From NCBI GenBank assembly GCA_033764955.1, contig JANRIL010000006.1, forward strand, positions 1-64,000: a DNA stretch of 64,000 nucleotides. Reading direction: 5' to 3'. Positions 28,923 to 40,238 of the stretch are shown here, piece by piece. The notes under the pieces were generated by a model. It was not told the DNA's origin. It did no database searches and worked only from the letters and a program-made list of their open reading frames with translations. The stretch comes from Cyanobacteriota bacterium (GTDB lineage Bacteria > Cyanobacteriota > Cyanobacteriia > Thermostichales > Thermostichaceae). Position 1 is the stretch's first letter, and each line of letters begins with the position of its first letter. The position numbers were made by a program, and so were the translations under genes.

Positions 28923-29618
28923 ATGGCGGTTAAACGCAAAACTCGACAACTGGCTCTAGAGATTTTGATCCGCCTGAAGCGGCACTATCCCGATGCCACC
29001 TGTGCCCTTCACTACCAAACCCCCCTCCAGCTTTTGGTGGCAACCATTCTCTCCGCCCAATGTACGGATCAGCGGGTCAATCAGGTCACTCCGGCTTTAT
29101 TTGCTCGCTTTCCCGATGCCGTCGCTTTAGCTGCTGCTGACCGCCAAGAGCTGGAGCAGTTGATCCACTCCACCGGATTTTTTCGCAACAAAGCCAAACA
29201 CATTCAAGCGGCTTGTCAAAAAATCTTGGATGATTTCAACGGACAACTGCCGCGCACCATGCCAGAGCTAACCAGTCTACCGGGAGTAGCCCGCAAAACG
29301 GCTAATGTGGTTCTCGCCCATGCCTTTGGCATCAACGCCGGGGTGACGGTAGATACCCATGTCAAACGCTTAAGTCGCCGCCTGGGACTCACCACCCATG
29401 AGGATCCGGTGCGGATCGAAAAGGACTTGATGCAGTTGTTGCCCCAGCCGGATTGGGAAAACTGGTCGATTCGTTTGATTGAGCATGGACGAGCCATCTG
29501 TGATGCCCGCAAACCCCTCTGCCAGCAATGTTTCTTGGCGGATCTCTGCCCAACAGGGCAAACCCTGCTGACAACGCTGCTTCCTGCGGCGGAATGGGTC
29601 ACCTCGCCGGTCGAATAG
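28923..29618 (+). CDS. nth: Endonuclease III
   Basis: LSAQCTD, LPGVARKTANV, VDTHV, C-x6-C-x2-C-x5-C cluster. Confidence 0.95.
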   Translation: MAVKRKTRQLALEILIRLKRHYPDATCALHYQTPLQLLVATILSAQCTDQRVNQVTPALFARFPDAVALAAADRQELEQLIHSTGFFRNKAKHIQAACQKILDDFNGQLPRTMPELTSLPGVARKTANVVLAHAFGINAGVTVDTHVKRLSRRLGLTTHEDPVRIEKDLMQLLPQPDWENWSIRLIEHGRAICDARKPLCQQCFLADLCPTGQTLLTTLLPAAEWVTSPVE

Positions 29619-29766
29619 TTGGGCAGCAACCCCTTAGATAAGGGAAATCCGCCCGTTGCCCGCCTTGAAACCGCCGCTTCCACCTGCTTGCGAGCTAAAT
29701 TGAGGGGGCAACCCAGTCGGCTGACATTAAGATTGGGTTAACTCATCTTTCCTTTTGGTCTCGGTT

Positions 29767-30981
29767 ATGGATCTGTTGGAATACCAGGCAAAAGAGTTAT
29801 TTCGGCAGGCAGGGATCCCGATTTTGCCCTCCCAACGGATTGATCACCCCAGTCAGCTCAAGGCTCTGCAAATTCCCTATCCGATTGTGTTGAAATCCCA
29901 GGTGCGGGCGGGGGGACGGGGGAAGGTGGGGGGAGTACGTTTTGCGGACAACACGATTGATGCAATTGCCTTGGCACAAGCCATCTTTGGGTTGGCGATT
30001 CAGGGGGAACGCCCCCGTAGCCTTTTGGCTGAGGTGAACTATCGCTCGCAGGCGGAATACTATCTGGCGATTTTGTTGGATCGCTCCCTGCGCCGCCCCG
30101 TTTTGTTGGGATCCGCGGCTGGGGGTATGGAGATTGAAGCCCAAACCCACACCATTCAGCAGGTGGCGGTGATGGCCGAGTTCTCTGGCTTTTATGCTCG
30201 TGATCTGGCCTTATTGATGGGTTTGCGGGGATCTTTGATGGTGGCGGTGGCGGATGTGATTAACCGCATGTATGACCTGTTTGTCAGCTACGATTTGGAT
30301 TTTATTGAAATCAATCCGCTTGGGGTGCGTCATGCCGAGGGGGGGGCGCAACCGTTGTTAATGGCTCTCGATGGCAAAATTCGGGTAAATCCAGAGGGGT
30401 TGCGTCGCCATCCGCATCTCCTCACCCTTTGTGGCGCGCCGGAAACCCCCTTCCCTGGAGATCCCGCCAGCGAACTGAGCACTCAAGCGGCAGCCTACGG
30501 ATTTCAATGGGTGGATTTGCCAGGGGGAGAAGTTGCCATGATTGGCAATGGAGCTGGACTGACCCTGGCTACGATGGATCAGTTACAGCAAGCCGGATCC
30601 CCTGCCGCCAACTTTTTGGATATTGGCGAAACGGCGCAATGGCCACAAATTCAGCAGGGGTTGCAGCTACTCCACTCTTTTTTGCTAGCCAGAGAAAAAA
30701 AGGGACTTCCTATCTCAGTGGTGCTCTGTAATTTCGTGGGAAGCTTCGCTTTACGTTCCCACATTCAATCCGGCTTGCCAGATTATTGGCAGGAATGCTT
30801 GGGATCCCTAACCTCTCTGCCCCGCCTGGTGGTCTACTTTGTCCCCAATGGTTGGGAAAAGGAGGATCCCCAGTTAAATTTCAAAGAACAGAGGGAAGGA
30901 GGGATTTACTTGGCCGAAACCCTTGATCAAGCCATTGAGTTTTGCCAGCTCCCTCGCCTGCAAGATGTAAGTCATCGATAA
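29767..30981 (+). CDS. sucC: Succinyl-CoA ligase beta subunit (ATP-grasp)
   Basis: LLEYQAKELF, GGRGKVGGV, EINPL, GNGAGL, ANFLDIG. Confidence 0.8.
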   Translation: MDLLEYQAKELFRQAGIPILPSQRIDHPSQLKALQIPYPIVLKSQVRAGGRGKVGGVRFADNTIDAIALAQAIFGLAIQGERPRSLLAEVNYRSQAEYYLAILLDRSLRRPVLLGSAAGGMEIEAQTHTIQQVAVMAEFSGFYARDLALLMGLRGSLMVAVADVINRMYDLFVSYDLDFIEINPLGVRHAEGGAQPLLMALDGKIRVNPEGLRRHPHLLTLCGAPETPFPGDPASELSTQAAAYGFQWVDLPGGEVAMIGNGAGLTLATMDQLQQAGSPAANFLDIGETAQWPQIQQGLQLLHSFLLAREKKGLPISVVLCNFVGSFALRSHIQSGLPDYWQECLGSLTSLPRLVVYFVPNGWEKEDPQLNFKEQREGGIYLAETLDQAIEFCQLPRLQDVSHR

Positions 30982-31029
30982 CGGATCGTCTGATCCGCTG
31001 GCGGTCGGCCAATACTTAGGGATCCCTCT

Positions 31030-32121
31030 TCACCACCACCATGGCTTGGTTCCACTGCCATCTGCAAAAATCATCCCCTCAGTCCAAGTATCGCGATGTT
31101 TCAAGCCCTCCAATTTGGCTGAAGTCAGATTAGCCCGTTGCAAGTTTGCTTTCGTCAGATCCGCCCGACTCAGATCGGCTCCCCGCAGATCCGCGTGTTG
31201 TAAATTAGCCCGACTCAGATTGGCTCCGCTCAGATCGGCCTCCTGCAAGGTGGCTCCCCTCAAATCCGCCCCCCTCAAATCCGCCCCCCGCAAATCCGCC
31301 CGACTCAGATTGCTGCCCCGCAGATCCACCCCCATTAGGGATCCCTCCCGCAACGAACACCCTTGTAGGGAAATCTGGCGCAGATCGGCTTTGCTCAAAT
31401 CCACCTGGGAAAGTTGACGCTGTTCCCCTCCCTGATTTTGCAGTTGCCAGATCAGCACCACCTTCTCATCCCACAGGCTGGGATCCGAGATCTGGGATAG
31501 CCGCAGGTTAGTACCGCTCACTTTCACCTGCCCCAGCCGACAGCCCCGCAGATCCGCCCCCTCCAGGTTGGCCCCGCTTAGTTTTGATCCCGTCAAATCC
31601 GCCGCTCGCCAATCACTCTTAACCAAATTGGCTCCATTCAAATTGACTCGGCGAACCTGGCTGTTCTTCAAGTTAGCTTGAAAAAAATTGATGCCTCCCA
31701 AACGGTAGCCCGACAGATCGACCCCAGCCAACTCCCCATAGGAAAAATCTCGCTCCCCTCGCCGATAGGCCACGATCAACCCTTGCGCTCCCCCCACATC
31801 TCGAAAAGGGCTCAGTTGTTGGGTGGCAGCTTGTGCCTGCGGATCCGCCAGTTCTGAGAGCACCCGCCAAGCCGCCAGGCGAACCGCCCAAGCTGTATTG
31901 CTGCTGAGCGCCTCGATCAACAATTGGATGCCCGCTTCCCCATAGCCAACCAGCCCCGCCACCGTAGCCAGTCGCACCGACTCGTCTCCACTCAGCAGGC
32001 GGCGTCTTGCCCCCGTGATGCCTCCCAGCACCAATCCTGTGGCTTTGGGGGATCCTCCCCCCAACACCAAATCCCCCGATTGCGGCTGGGGAATGGCGTT
32101 GATCGCGGCTGTTTCCTGCAT
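31030..32121 (-). CDS. Pentapeptide-repeat protein with N-terminal HEAT-like helices
   Basis: A(D/N)LxG/R repeats in two blocks; DLVLGG N-terminal motif. Confidence 0.88.
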   Translation of the reverse strand: MQETAAINAIPQPQSGDLVLGGGSPKATGLVLGGITGARRRLLSGDESVRLATVAGLVGYGEAGIQLLIEALSSNTAWAVRLAAWRVLSELADPQAQAATQQLSPFRDVGGAQGLIVAYRRGERDFSYGELAGVDLSGYRLGGINFFQANLKNSQVRRVNLNGANLVKSDWRAADLTGSKLSGANLEGADLRGCRLGQVKVSGTNLRLSQISDPSLWDEKVVLIWQLQNQGGEQRQLSQVDLSKADLRQISLQGCSLREGSLMGVDLRGSNLSRADLRGADLRGADLRGATLQEADLSGANLSRANLQHADLRGADLSRADLTKANLQRANLTSAKLEGLKHRDTWTEGMIFADGSGTKPWWW

Positions 32122-32183
32122 AGCCAAATGTGTGTTGTGCTTACGGATCCCTACTCTGTTGCAACAAGCCAATGCTAATCAAT

Positions 32184-32222
32184 GTTGCAAAACTTTACAT
32201 TTCATCGATTGTTTGTTAAGTT
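32184..32222 (+). promoter_or_regulatory. HLR1 (RpaB) direct repeat overlapping the -35 of the hli promoter
   Basis: GTTGCAAA-AC-TTTACATT (32184-32201); -35 TTTACA, 17 bp spacer, TGtTAAGTT -10. Confidence 0.7.
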
Positions 32223-32263
32223 AGGACTATCACAATCAAGCTAGCCCCAGGGGGAGGTATCTT

Positions 32264-32485
32264 ATGACTCGGTATCGTTCGGTGGTGGTGGAAGAGGGCG
32301 GCAGACTGAACAACTACGCCATTGAGCCAGAAATGTATGTGGATTCTACCCAGCGCACCGGATTCACGGAATATGCCGAAAAGCTGAATGGTCGCTTGGC
32401 GATGGTTGGATTTTTGGCCTTAATCGCTGTCGAGGTGGTTTCCAAGAGTACCCTGATTGACTTGGTGGTTTCTTTGGGGCGTTAA
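32264..32485 (+). CDS. hli: High-light-inducible protein (CAB/ELIP/HLIP family)
   Basis: [23 protein letters not shown] chlorophyll-binding motif; GGAGG RBS. Confidence 0.92.
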   Translation: MTRYRSVVVEEGGRLNNYAIEPEMYVDSTQRTGFTEYAEKLNGRLAMVGFLALIAVEVVSKSTLIDLVVSLGR

Positions 32486-33807
32486 GCCTTCTGGCTAGCC
32501 TGAGGCGAGCTGACTAGGATCCCGGCATCGTCATAAAACCTGGGATGCAAAAAAGGCTTAACCCCTTCCGGGATCCGCAACTGTCCTTCGGCAGTTTGAT
32601 AGTTTTCTAGAATAGCAGCCATCGTCCTTCCCACCGCCAGACCGGAACCATTCAGGGTATGCACGTAATGGGTTCCTTTCTGTCCCGCTTCTTTATAGCG
32701 GAGGTTGGCACGCCGCGCCTGAAAGTCCCAACAATTGGAGCAGCTAGAAATTTCCCGGTATTGGTTAGCCGAGGGGATCCATACCTCCAGATCAAAACAG
32801 CGACTCGCCGAAAAGCCCAGATCGCCTGTGCATAGCTCGATTACTCGATAGGGTAATTGCAACATTTGCAGGATGGCCTCCGCATCAGCCACCAATTTGA
32901 GGTGTTCTGCCTCCGATTGATCAGGGCGGGTTATTTTCACCATTTCCACTTTGTTGAACTGATGCAGGCGGATCAGTCCTTTCGTATCTCGCCCGTAGCT
33001 GCCAGCCTCACGACGAAAACAGGGGGTGTAGGCACAAAAATTGATAGGTAATTTTTCGCTGGCAATCACCTCTTCCCGATAGAGATTGGTGAGGGGGACT
33101 TCTGCGGTGGGGATGAGCCACAGATCATCGTCGGCACAGCGAAAGCTATCCTCCGCGAACTTGGGTAATTGTCCGGTTCCCTGCAAGACAGCGGAGTTGA
33201 CTAAGAAGGGGGGCATCACTTCCAGATATCCGGCGGCAATATGGCGATCCAACATCATGCTGATCAGGGCGCGTTCCAGGGCGGCTCCGCATCCCATTAG
33301 CGCGACAAAACGGCTTTGAGCAACTTTCACGGCTCGCCCAAAGTCCAACAACCCCAAGCTCTCGGCAATCTGGTCATGGGGCAACACCCCATGGTCAGGC
33401 TTAAATTCATCCCCCCAACGGCGCACCTCCACATTGTCGGCTTCGCTCTTGCCGATTGGCACAAGCGACTGCGGCAAATTCGGGATCCGCAAAAGCTGAA
33501 GGGTAATCTGCTCACTCAGCTCGCGCTCCTGTTGTTCGAGGGCGGCAATTTCTGCTTTAAGCTGGCTGCCCCGCTCCCGCAAAGCCACGACTTCCCCTGC
33601 TTGGGGATCTTTGCCCCGGCGGATCTCCTCCCCCACCTGCTTCCCGATGGAGTTACTTTCCGCCTGTAGGGAAGAACGCTGAGTTTCCAGATGGCGTTGT
33701 TGGGCATCCAAAGCTAGGATCCCGTCGAGATCTACAGATTCTTGGCGGTGCTGCAAACCCTGCCGAACCCAAGCGGTCTGATCTCGCAACCATTTTAGAT
33801 CCAACAC
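32482..33807 (-). CDS. serS: Seryl-tRNA synthetase
   Basis: [49 protein letters not shown]. Confidence 0.97.
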   Translation of the reverse strand: MLDLKWLRDQTAWVRQGLQHRQESVDLDGILALDAQQRHLETQRSSLQAESNSIGKQVGEEIRRGKDPQAGEVVALRERGSQLKAEIAALEQQERELSEQITLQLLRIPNLPQSLVPIGKSEADNVEVRRWGDEFKPDHGVLPHDQIAESLGLLDFGRAVKVAQSRFVALMGCGAALERALISMMLDRHIAAGYLEVMPPFLVNSAVLQGTGQLPKFAEDSFRCADDDLWLIPTAEVPLTNLYREEVIASEKLPINFCAYTPCFRREAGSYGRDTKGLIRLHQFNKVEMVKITRPDQSEAEHLKLVADAEAILQMLQLPYRVIELCTGDLGFSASRCFDLEVWIPSANQYREISSCSNCWDFQARRANLRYKEAGQKGTHYVHTLNGSGLAVGRTMAAILENYQTAEGQLRIPEGVKPFLHPRFYDDAGILVSSPQASQKA

Positions 33808-33884
33808 AATCGCAATCTCTCCTGGGAAACTGCTGTCTATTATCGACTAGTTTGCAGCCTTGTTTGGGGTTGACGACTCGACAG

Positions 33885-34544
33885 TCACGTAGCCGCTTGT
33901 GCTCCCAACACCCAGTGACCTGCCGCCGCCGCTCTTCCCAGAAATTTCCACACCCGACGCACATCCTCGGCTTCGCAGCCCTGGATCCCTAGGCTCTCAA
34001 TCGCCTGCCCCAAAGACGCTTCGCTGAAACCATCTGCTACCTGAACCACCCATTCAGGGGTGAGTAGTCCCACATGATCATCCTCATAACCCGCCAACCA
34101 AAACGGTCGAGGGGGAACCCCCAGAGCTGGACAGGGAAAGCCAATGGTTGCCAATATCCCCTGCCAAGCCGCTAGCGTCGAGATATCGGCTTGATTACCC
34201 AGGCGATCAGGAGTCAAGTGTTCGGGAGGATATTCTACCGCTACTGAGGAAAGGGTTCGACCGCCCGACCCCGACCAGCGCGCACGCCCCGCCACCGCTA
34301 CGGCAGCAGCTCCAATCACCCGGCAACCCAAAAAGAAGTCTTCCTCCTCTGGGAGGAGCCAAACCTGACCATTCTCATGCCTAACGGCGGATTCATACTC
34401 TTCCCGTTCCTCCAATAGCACATCCGCTTGCTGGCAATAGATCTCCCACTCCTCTTCCGATAAGGGATCCACTAGATACAGAAAAGGGCGGAATGCAGCA
34501 TCATCCAGAGCGAAAAGCTCCCCATCAGTATCCAGGCTTAGCAT
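33885..34544 (-). CDS. Hypothetical acidic protein
   Basis: Open frame with strong AGGAGG RBS upstream of ATG 34544; no family recognised. Confidence 0.6.
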   Translation of the reverse strand: MLSLDTDGELFALDDAAFRPFLYLVDPLSEEEWEIYCQQADVLLEEREEYESAVRHENGQVWLLPEEEDFFLGCRVIGAAAVAVAGRARWSGSGGRTLSSVAVEYPPEHLTPDRLGNQADISTLAAWQGILATIGFPCPALGVPPRPFWLAGYEDDHVGLLTPEWVVQVADGFSEASLGQAIESLGIQGCEAEDVRRVWKFLGRAAAAGHWVLGAQAAT

Positions 34545-34684
34545 GGCAACTTCTCCTCCTGGCAATCTTGATTTAGACAGCAGAATTTCGATAGTGGCTA
34601 TGGGCAGTAATACCACAAAAGCATCCGGACAAGAAAGACTGCGCAGGCAGACGACTGAATCGACCGCCTACCCACCTGTTACAA

Positions 34685-34711
34685 AGGGATCCCTTTCATC
34701 AAGGGATCCCT
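34685..34711 (-). terminator. Hairpin after psaB built from two GGGATCCC palindromes
   Basis: AGGGATCCCTT-5 nt-AAGGGATCCCT, perfect 11-bp stem ~50 bp downstream of the psaB stop. Confidence 0.65.
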
Positions 34712-34760
34712 GTTTTAGTCAACAAAGGTCAATCTAATTGCTTGTCATGGTTGTCAGGAA

Positions 34761-36986
34761 TTATCCAAACTGGGAAGCCGTGGAAGCAATCAAGAAAGCC
34801 GCATAGGTCAGGATGTAGCCAACCGTAAAGTGAGCCAGACCCACCAAGCGTCCTTGCACGATCGACATGGCCACAGGCTTATCGCGCCACTTGACCAATT
34901 TCGCCAAGGGGGTACGCTCATGCGCCCAGACCAAGGTTTCAATCAGCTCTTGCCAATAACCCCGCCAGGAAATCAAGAACATAAATCCAGTTGCCCAGAC
35001 CAGGTGTCCAAACAAGAACATCCAAGACCAGACGGCCAAATTGTTCATGCCATAGGGGGTATAGCCATTGATCAACTGGGCTGAGTTTGCCCAGAGATAA
35101 TCCCGCAGCCAACCCATGATGGTGACTGAGGTTTCGTTGAACTGCGCCGTATTGCCCGTCCAAATACCCAGATGCTTCCAGTGCCAGTAGAAGGTCACCC
35201 AACCAATGGTGTTCAACATCCAGAACATCGCCAGGTAGAAGGAATCCCAAGCCGAGATATCACAAGTGCCACCCCGTCCAGGGCCATCACAAGGGAAGCT
35301 GTAGCCGAAGTCTTTTTTGTCCGGCATCAGCTTCGATCCGCGCGCATCCAACGCCCCTTTCACCAGGATCAAAGTGGTGGTATGCAACCCAAGGGCAATA
35401 GCATGGTGAACCAAAAAGTCACCAGGGCCAATGGGTAGGAACAAGGTTCCATTGGGATCATTAATGGCCGACAACCAACCCGGCAACCAAAGATTGCTAG
35501 CGGCTGCCGAGGCGGCACCGTTGGCATTCGCCAACAGGACATCCATGCCATAGATCAGCTTGCCGTGGGAAGCCTGGATAAACTGAGCAAACACAGGCTC
35601 AATCAAGATCTGCTTCTCAGGCGTACCAAAAGCTTGCATGACATCGTTATGCACATACAACCCTAAGGTGTGGAAGCCCAAGAACAGGGAGACCCAAGAC
35701 AGGTGGGAAATGATCGCTTCTTTGTGGTCAAGGATGCGAGCCAAGACATTATTTTTGTTGGCCTCAGGATCATAGTCCCGCACAAAGAAGATGGCTCCGT
35801 GGGCAAAAGCCCCCACCATCAAGAATCCAGCAATGTACTGGTGATGGGTATAGAGAGCTGCCTCCGTAGTGTGGTCAGCCGCCATAAACACATAGGGTGG
35901 TAGGGCATACATGTGCTGAGCCACCAGAGAAGTCACCACACCCAAGCTAGCCAGAGCTAAGCCTAGTTGGAAGTGTAGGGAATTGTTAACGGTGTCATAC
36001 AGCCCTTCATGCCCGCGCCCCAACATGCCGCCAAATGGTGTGCCTTCGGGAGGCCGGTGAGCCTTGAGAATGTCACGGATGCTATGCCCAATTCCCCAGT
36101 TCGTGCGGTACATGTGTCCCGCCACGATGAAAATCACCGCGATGGCCAAATGATGGTGAGCCATATCCGTCAGCCAGAGGGACTGGGTATTGGGGTCAAA
36201 CCCACCCAAGAAGGTGAGAATCGCCGTTCCTGACCCTTGTGCTGTTCCCCAAATGTGACTGGTGGTATCTGGATCCTGAGCATAAACCCCCCAGTTGAGG
36301 GTAAAGAACGGAGCCAGACCCGCCGGATGAGGCAAGGTGGTCATGAAATTGTCCCAGCCCACGTGCTGACCGCGAGATTCGGGGATAGCGACGTGAACCA
36401 AGTGTCCAGTCCAAGCCAGGGAGCTAACCCCAAACAACCCAGCCAGGTGGTGGTTGAGGCGGGACTCCGCATTCTTGAACCAGGAGAGACTGGGGCGAAA
36501 ACGAGGTTGCAGATGGAGCCAGCCCGCGAACAAAAAGGTGGCCGCCAACATCAACAAACCCACTGCTCCCGCATATAAGTCAGCGTTGGTTCTCAGTCCA
36601 ATGGTGTCAAACCAATAGTAGAGACCGGAATACGCAGCGTTCACAGGGCCATAGCCGCCTTCTTGGGTGAAAGCATCCACAGCCGCTTTGCCAAATTGGG
36701 GATCCCAGATTGCGTGAGCAATGGGGGTAACTCCACTAGGATTGGCGATCCACTGTTCAAAGTTGCCTTGCCATGCAATATGGAAGACGTTGCCGGATGC
36801 CCACAGGAAAATGATCGCGAGATGCCCAAAGTGGGTGGCGAAGAGCTTTTGATAAAGCCCCTCTTCCGTCATGCCATCGTGGGTCTCGAAGTCGTGAGCG
36901 GTAGCAATGCCATACCACAAACGCCGTGTAGTGGGGTCATTGGCAAGGTCTTGACTAAATTGCGGAAACCGAGTTGCGGTTGCCAT
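34761..36986 (-). CDS. psaB: Photosystem I P700 apoprotein A2
   Basis: [41 protein letters not shown]. Confidence 0.99.
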   Translation of the reverse strand: MATATRFPQFSQDLANDPTTRRLWYGIATAHDFETHDGMTEEGLYQKLFATHFGHLAIIFLWASGNVFHIAWQGNFEQWIANPSGVTPIAHAIWDPQFGKAAVDAFTQEGGYGPVNAAYSGLYYWFDTIGLRTNADLYAGAVGLLMLAATFLFAGWLHLQPRFRPSLSWFKNAESRLNHHLAGLFGVSSLAWTGHLVHVAIPESRGQHVGWDNFMTTLPHPAGLAPFFTLNWGVYAQDPDTTSHIWGTAQGSGTAILTFLGGFDPNTQSLWLTDMAHHHLAIAVIFIVAGHMYRTNWGIGHSIRDILKAHRPPEGTPFGGMLGRGHEGLYDTVNNSLHFQLGLALASLGVVTSLVAQHMYALPPYVFMAADHTTEAALYTHHQYIAGFLMVGAFAHGAIFFVRDYDPEANKNNVLARILDHKEAIISHLSWVSLFLGFHTLGLYVHNDVMQAFGTPEKQILIEPVFAQFIQASHGKLIYGMDVLLANANGAASAAASNLWLPGWLSAINDPNGTLFLPIGPGDFLVHHAIALGLHTTTLILVKGALDARGSKLMPDKKDFGYSFPCDGPGRGGTCDISAWDSFYLAMFWMLNTIGWVTFYWHWKHLGIWTGNTAQFNETSVTIMGWLRDYLWANSAQLINGYTPYGMNNLAVWSWMFLFGHLVWATGFMFLISWRGYWQELIETLVWAHERTPLAKLVKWRDKPVAMSIVQGRLVGLAHFTVGYILTYAAFLIASTASQFG

Positions 36987-37005
36987 GATTTGAATCCTCC
37001 TTGCG

Positions 37006-39267
37006 TTAACCGATGCTGGCAAATCGTGCTAGGAAGAACGCCCACGTCGTGACGATCCCTCCTAACAGATAATGCGCTACGCCCACAGCTCGACCCTGAA
37101 TGATGCTCAGAGCGCGAGGCTGGATAGCCGGAGCGACTTTCAGCTTGTTGTGTGCCCAAACAATGGACTCAATCAATTCTTGCCAATAGCCGCGGCCACT
37201 GAACAGGAACATCAGACTGAAAGCCCAGATGAAGTGAGCGCCCAAGAAGAGCAAACCATAGGCCGACAGAGCACTGCCGTAGGAGTTGATCACCTGCACA
37301 GCCTGTGCCCACAAGAAGTCCCGCAGCCAGCCGTTGATGTTGATGGCGCTTGTGGCAAAGTTGCCGCCCGTCAAATGGGTGATGGTGCCGTTGGCATCAA
37401 CTGTCCCCCAAATGTCAGACTGCATTTTCCAACTGAAGTGGAAGATCACGATGGAGATACAGTTGTACATCCAAAACAGGCCAAGGTAGACATGATCCCA
37501 ACCGGAGACTTGGCAGGTGCCGCCACGGCCAGGGCCATCGCAGGGGAAGGCAAAGCCTAACTTACCTTTGTCCGGAATCAAGCGGGAACTGCGGGCAAAC
37601 AACACCCCCTTGAACAGAATCAAGACAGTGATGTGAATGGTCATGGCGTGAATGTGATGCACCATGAAATCCGCTGTGCCCAAGGTCATCGGCATCATGG
37701 AGACCTTGCCACCTACCGCTACTAAATCTCCCCCAAAGATGGGGCTAACGCCCGCTGCCGCCAAAGGAGCGGTCACCCCCGCCGCTGCTGCGTGGATCCC
37801 TTGGAGCCACTGGGCAAAGATCGGCTGAAGCTGGATAGCCGTGTCAGAGAACATATCTTGGGGACGACCTAGGGCTTGCATGGTGTCGTTATGCACATAG
37901 AAGCCGAAGGCGTGGAAGCCCAAGAACAAGCAAACCCAGTTGAGGTGAGAAATAATCGTGTCACGGATACGCAGAACCGTATCCAGAACATTGCCGCGAT
38001 TAACTGCCGGATCGTAATCCCGCACCATAAAAATAGCGGCATGGGCGGCTCCACCCACAATAAAGAATCCCCCTAGCCACATGTGGTGGGTAAACAGGGA
38101 AATCTCTGTGGCGTAGTCAACACCCATGTAGGGGTACGGATTCATGGCGTACATGTGCTGAGCCACGATGATGCTGACGGATCCGGCCATGGCGAGGTTG
38201 ATCGCCAACTGAGCGTGCCAGGAAGTTGTCAGAACTTCGTACAAGCCTTTGTGTCCTTCACCCGTGATCATGATGGGATCTTTGTGGGCTTCCAGGATCT
38301 CTTTGATGCTGTGACCAATTCCCCAGTTGGTGCGATACATGTGGCCTGCCACGATAAACATGACAGCCAGCGCCAAGTGGTGGTGGGCTTGATCCGTCAA
38401 CCAAAGGGCACCCGTTTGCGGATCCAATCCTCCTTTGAAGGTGAGGAAGTCGCTGTAAGCTCCCCAGTTCAGCGTAAAGAACGGAGCCAATCCCTGAGCA
38501 AAGCTGGGAAACTGTTCCGCCATCAAGGCTGGGTTGAGAATAAACTGATGGGGCAACGGAATCTGATCAATGGGAACCCCCGCATCCATCATCTTGTTGA
38601 TGGGCAAGGAAACGTGGATCTGATGCCCAGCCCAAGCCAGGGATCCCAGACCCAGCAAACCTGCCAGGTGATGATTGAGCATGGATTCCACATTTTGGAA
38701 CCATTCCAGTTTTGGGGCGCGTTTGTGGTAGTGGAACCAACCGGCAAACAGCATTAAGCCAGCCATCACCAAACCGCCAATGGCAGTGCAGAGTAGCTGA
38801 AATTCGTTGGTAATGCCTGCTGCCCGCCACATGTGGAACAGACCAGAGGTAATGCGGATCCCTTCAAAGCCACCACCCATATCCCCATTGAGGATTTCCT
38901 GACCAAAGACAGGCCAGACCACCTGAGCACTGGGGTGAATGTTAACCGGATCCGTTAACCAAGCGGAATAGTTGGAGAACTGCGCTCCATGGAAATACAT
39001 ACCACTCAGCCACACAAATACCACGGCCAGGTGACCGAAGTGGGCTGAAAAAATCTTACGAGAAACGTCTTCTAGGTCACTGGTGTGACTGTCAAAATCA
39101 TGGGCAAGAGCATGGAGGTTCCAGATCCAAGTAGTTGTCTTGGGTCCGCGAGACAGGCTGCGATCGAAATGTCCAGGTTTTGCCCACTTCTCAAACGAAG
39201 TTGGAACTGGATCAACATCTACCGTAACCTTGACCTTTGGCTCTCGCTCCTTTGGCGTAGTTGTCAT
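37006..39267 (-). CDS. psaA: Photosystem I P700 apoprotein A1
   Basis: [37 protein letters not shown]. Confidence 0.99.
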   Translation of the reverse strand: MTTTPKEREPKVKVTVDVDPVPTSFEKWAKPGHFDRSLSRGPKTTTWIWNLHALAHDFDSHTSDLEDVSRKIFSAHFGHLAVVFVWLSGMYFHGAQFSNYSAWLTDPVNIHPSAQVVWPVFGQEILNGDMGGGFEGIRITSGLFHMWRAAGITNEFQLLCTAIGGLVMAGLMLFAGWFHYHKRAPKLEWFQNVESMLNHHLAGLLGLGSLAWAGHQIHVSLPINKMMDAGVPIDQIPLPHQFILNPALMAEQFPSFAQGLAPFFTLNWGAYSDFLTFKGGLDPQTGALWLTDQAHHHLALAVMFIVAGHMYRTNWGIGHSIKEILEAHKDPIMITGEGHKGLYEVLTTSWHAQLAINLAMAGSVSIIVAQHMYAMNPYPYMGVDYATEISLFTHHMWLGGFFIVGGAAHAAIFMVRDYDPAVNRGNVLDTVLRIRDTIISHLNWVCLFLGFHAFGFYVHNDTMQALGRPQDMFSDTAIQLQPIFAQWLQGIHAAAAGVTAPLAAAGVSPIFGGDLVAVGGKVSMMPMTLGTADFMVHHIHAMTIHITVLILFKGVLFARSSRLIPDKGKLGFAFPCDGPGRGGTCQVSGWDHVYLGLFWMYNCISIVIFHFSWKMQSDIWGTVDANGTITHLTGGNFATSAININGWLRDFLWAQAVQVINSYGSALSAYGLLFLGAHFIWAFSLMFLFSGRGYWQELIESIVWAHNKLKVAPAIQPRALSIIQGRAVGVAHYLLGGIVTTWAFFLARFASIG

Positions 39268-39781
39268 CAAGAACTCCTCTCTTGCGACAAGGAACGAATC
39301 ATCCAACCCGTCCCTTTAGCCAAATTCAAGTACAGGAGAAAATCCCCTGTCAGCGCAAGGAGGGAAGGACTACAAGGCATTATAGGTCAGCCTATGAACG
39401 CCCTCAGTTGCTTAACAATAATTAAATCGGGGATCCCAGTTCCCACGCTGATCTCACCTACTCCAGGGAGAGTCTTTGCCGAAAAATAATAAGATTTGTG
39501 ACAAAAATTGGCGTGACTTAGAGGTTTGTTCAGCAGAAGCGTTTGCAAAAATAAACGATATCAATTTTTGTAAAGGATTCACCCCTCTGGCTGAGGTAAA
39601 TTCTTCTCAGGGAACTAGCCACGGCGGGGGAACCAGTGGTGTAGAGGCTGTAGGTTGCACAAGTTTTGGCGAAATTGAGAAGAAACTATCTTCGGGAGTT
39701 TATGGCGAGATCGAGTTTATATCCTCCATAATCAATTTGAAAACCGCACAAAATGGCAAATTTGCCCCGTTGCTTTACCCT

Positions 39782-40228
39782 ATGCCTCTTGACGTTTCCA
39801 TCCCACCCCAGGCTACCGAGGGATCCCTAGCCTTGTCTCAGGATCGCCTGATTATTTCGGGTCTGCGGGGCTATGGCTACACAGGATATGATCCGGCGGA
39901 ACAATCTTTGGGGCAATGGTTTGAGGTGGATTTTGAGTTATGGACAGATTTGCAGCCTGCGGCACGTAGCGGTGTTTTATCCGATACTATCGACTATCGA
40001 TCAACGGTGGCAGGAATTACCAAGTTGATCAACACCAGTCGGTTTGAGTTAATCGAAACCTTAATTGAGGAAATTGCCAATTTGATTTTGCGGGAGACAG
40101 GGGCTATTCAAACCAAAGTTCGCCTAACGAAATGTCATCCTCCTATGGACGGATTTCAGGGCAAGGTAATCCTAGAAATCATCCGACCTAAGCGGCAAAG
40201 CATCAACAATCTATCGAATGGCTTGTGA
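39782..40228 (+). CDS. folB: Dihydroneopterin aldolase
   Basis: GLRGYGYTG...E..LGQWFEVD, TIDY, F.LIE. Confidence 0.88.
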   Translation: MPLDVSIPPQATEGSLALSQDRLIISGLRGYGYTGYDPAEQSLGQWFEVDFELWTDLQPAARSGVLSDTIDYRSTVAGITKLINTSRFELIETLIEEIANLILRETGAIQTKVRLTKCHPPMDGFQGKVILEIIRPKRQSINNLSNGL

Positions 40229-40238
40229 ATTTTTATGA

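Noticed and set aside
39476..39781. Long N-terminal extensions in the ORF track (folB; likewise leuC, clpP, glbN, psaA/B, recA)
   Set aside because: Homology and RBS positions favour downstream starts; this stretch is the psaA/folB divergent promoter region
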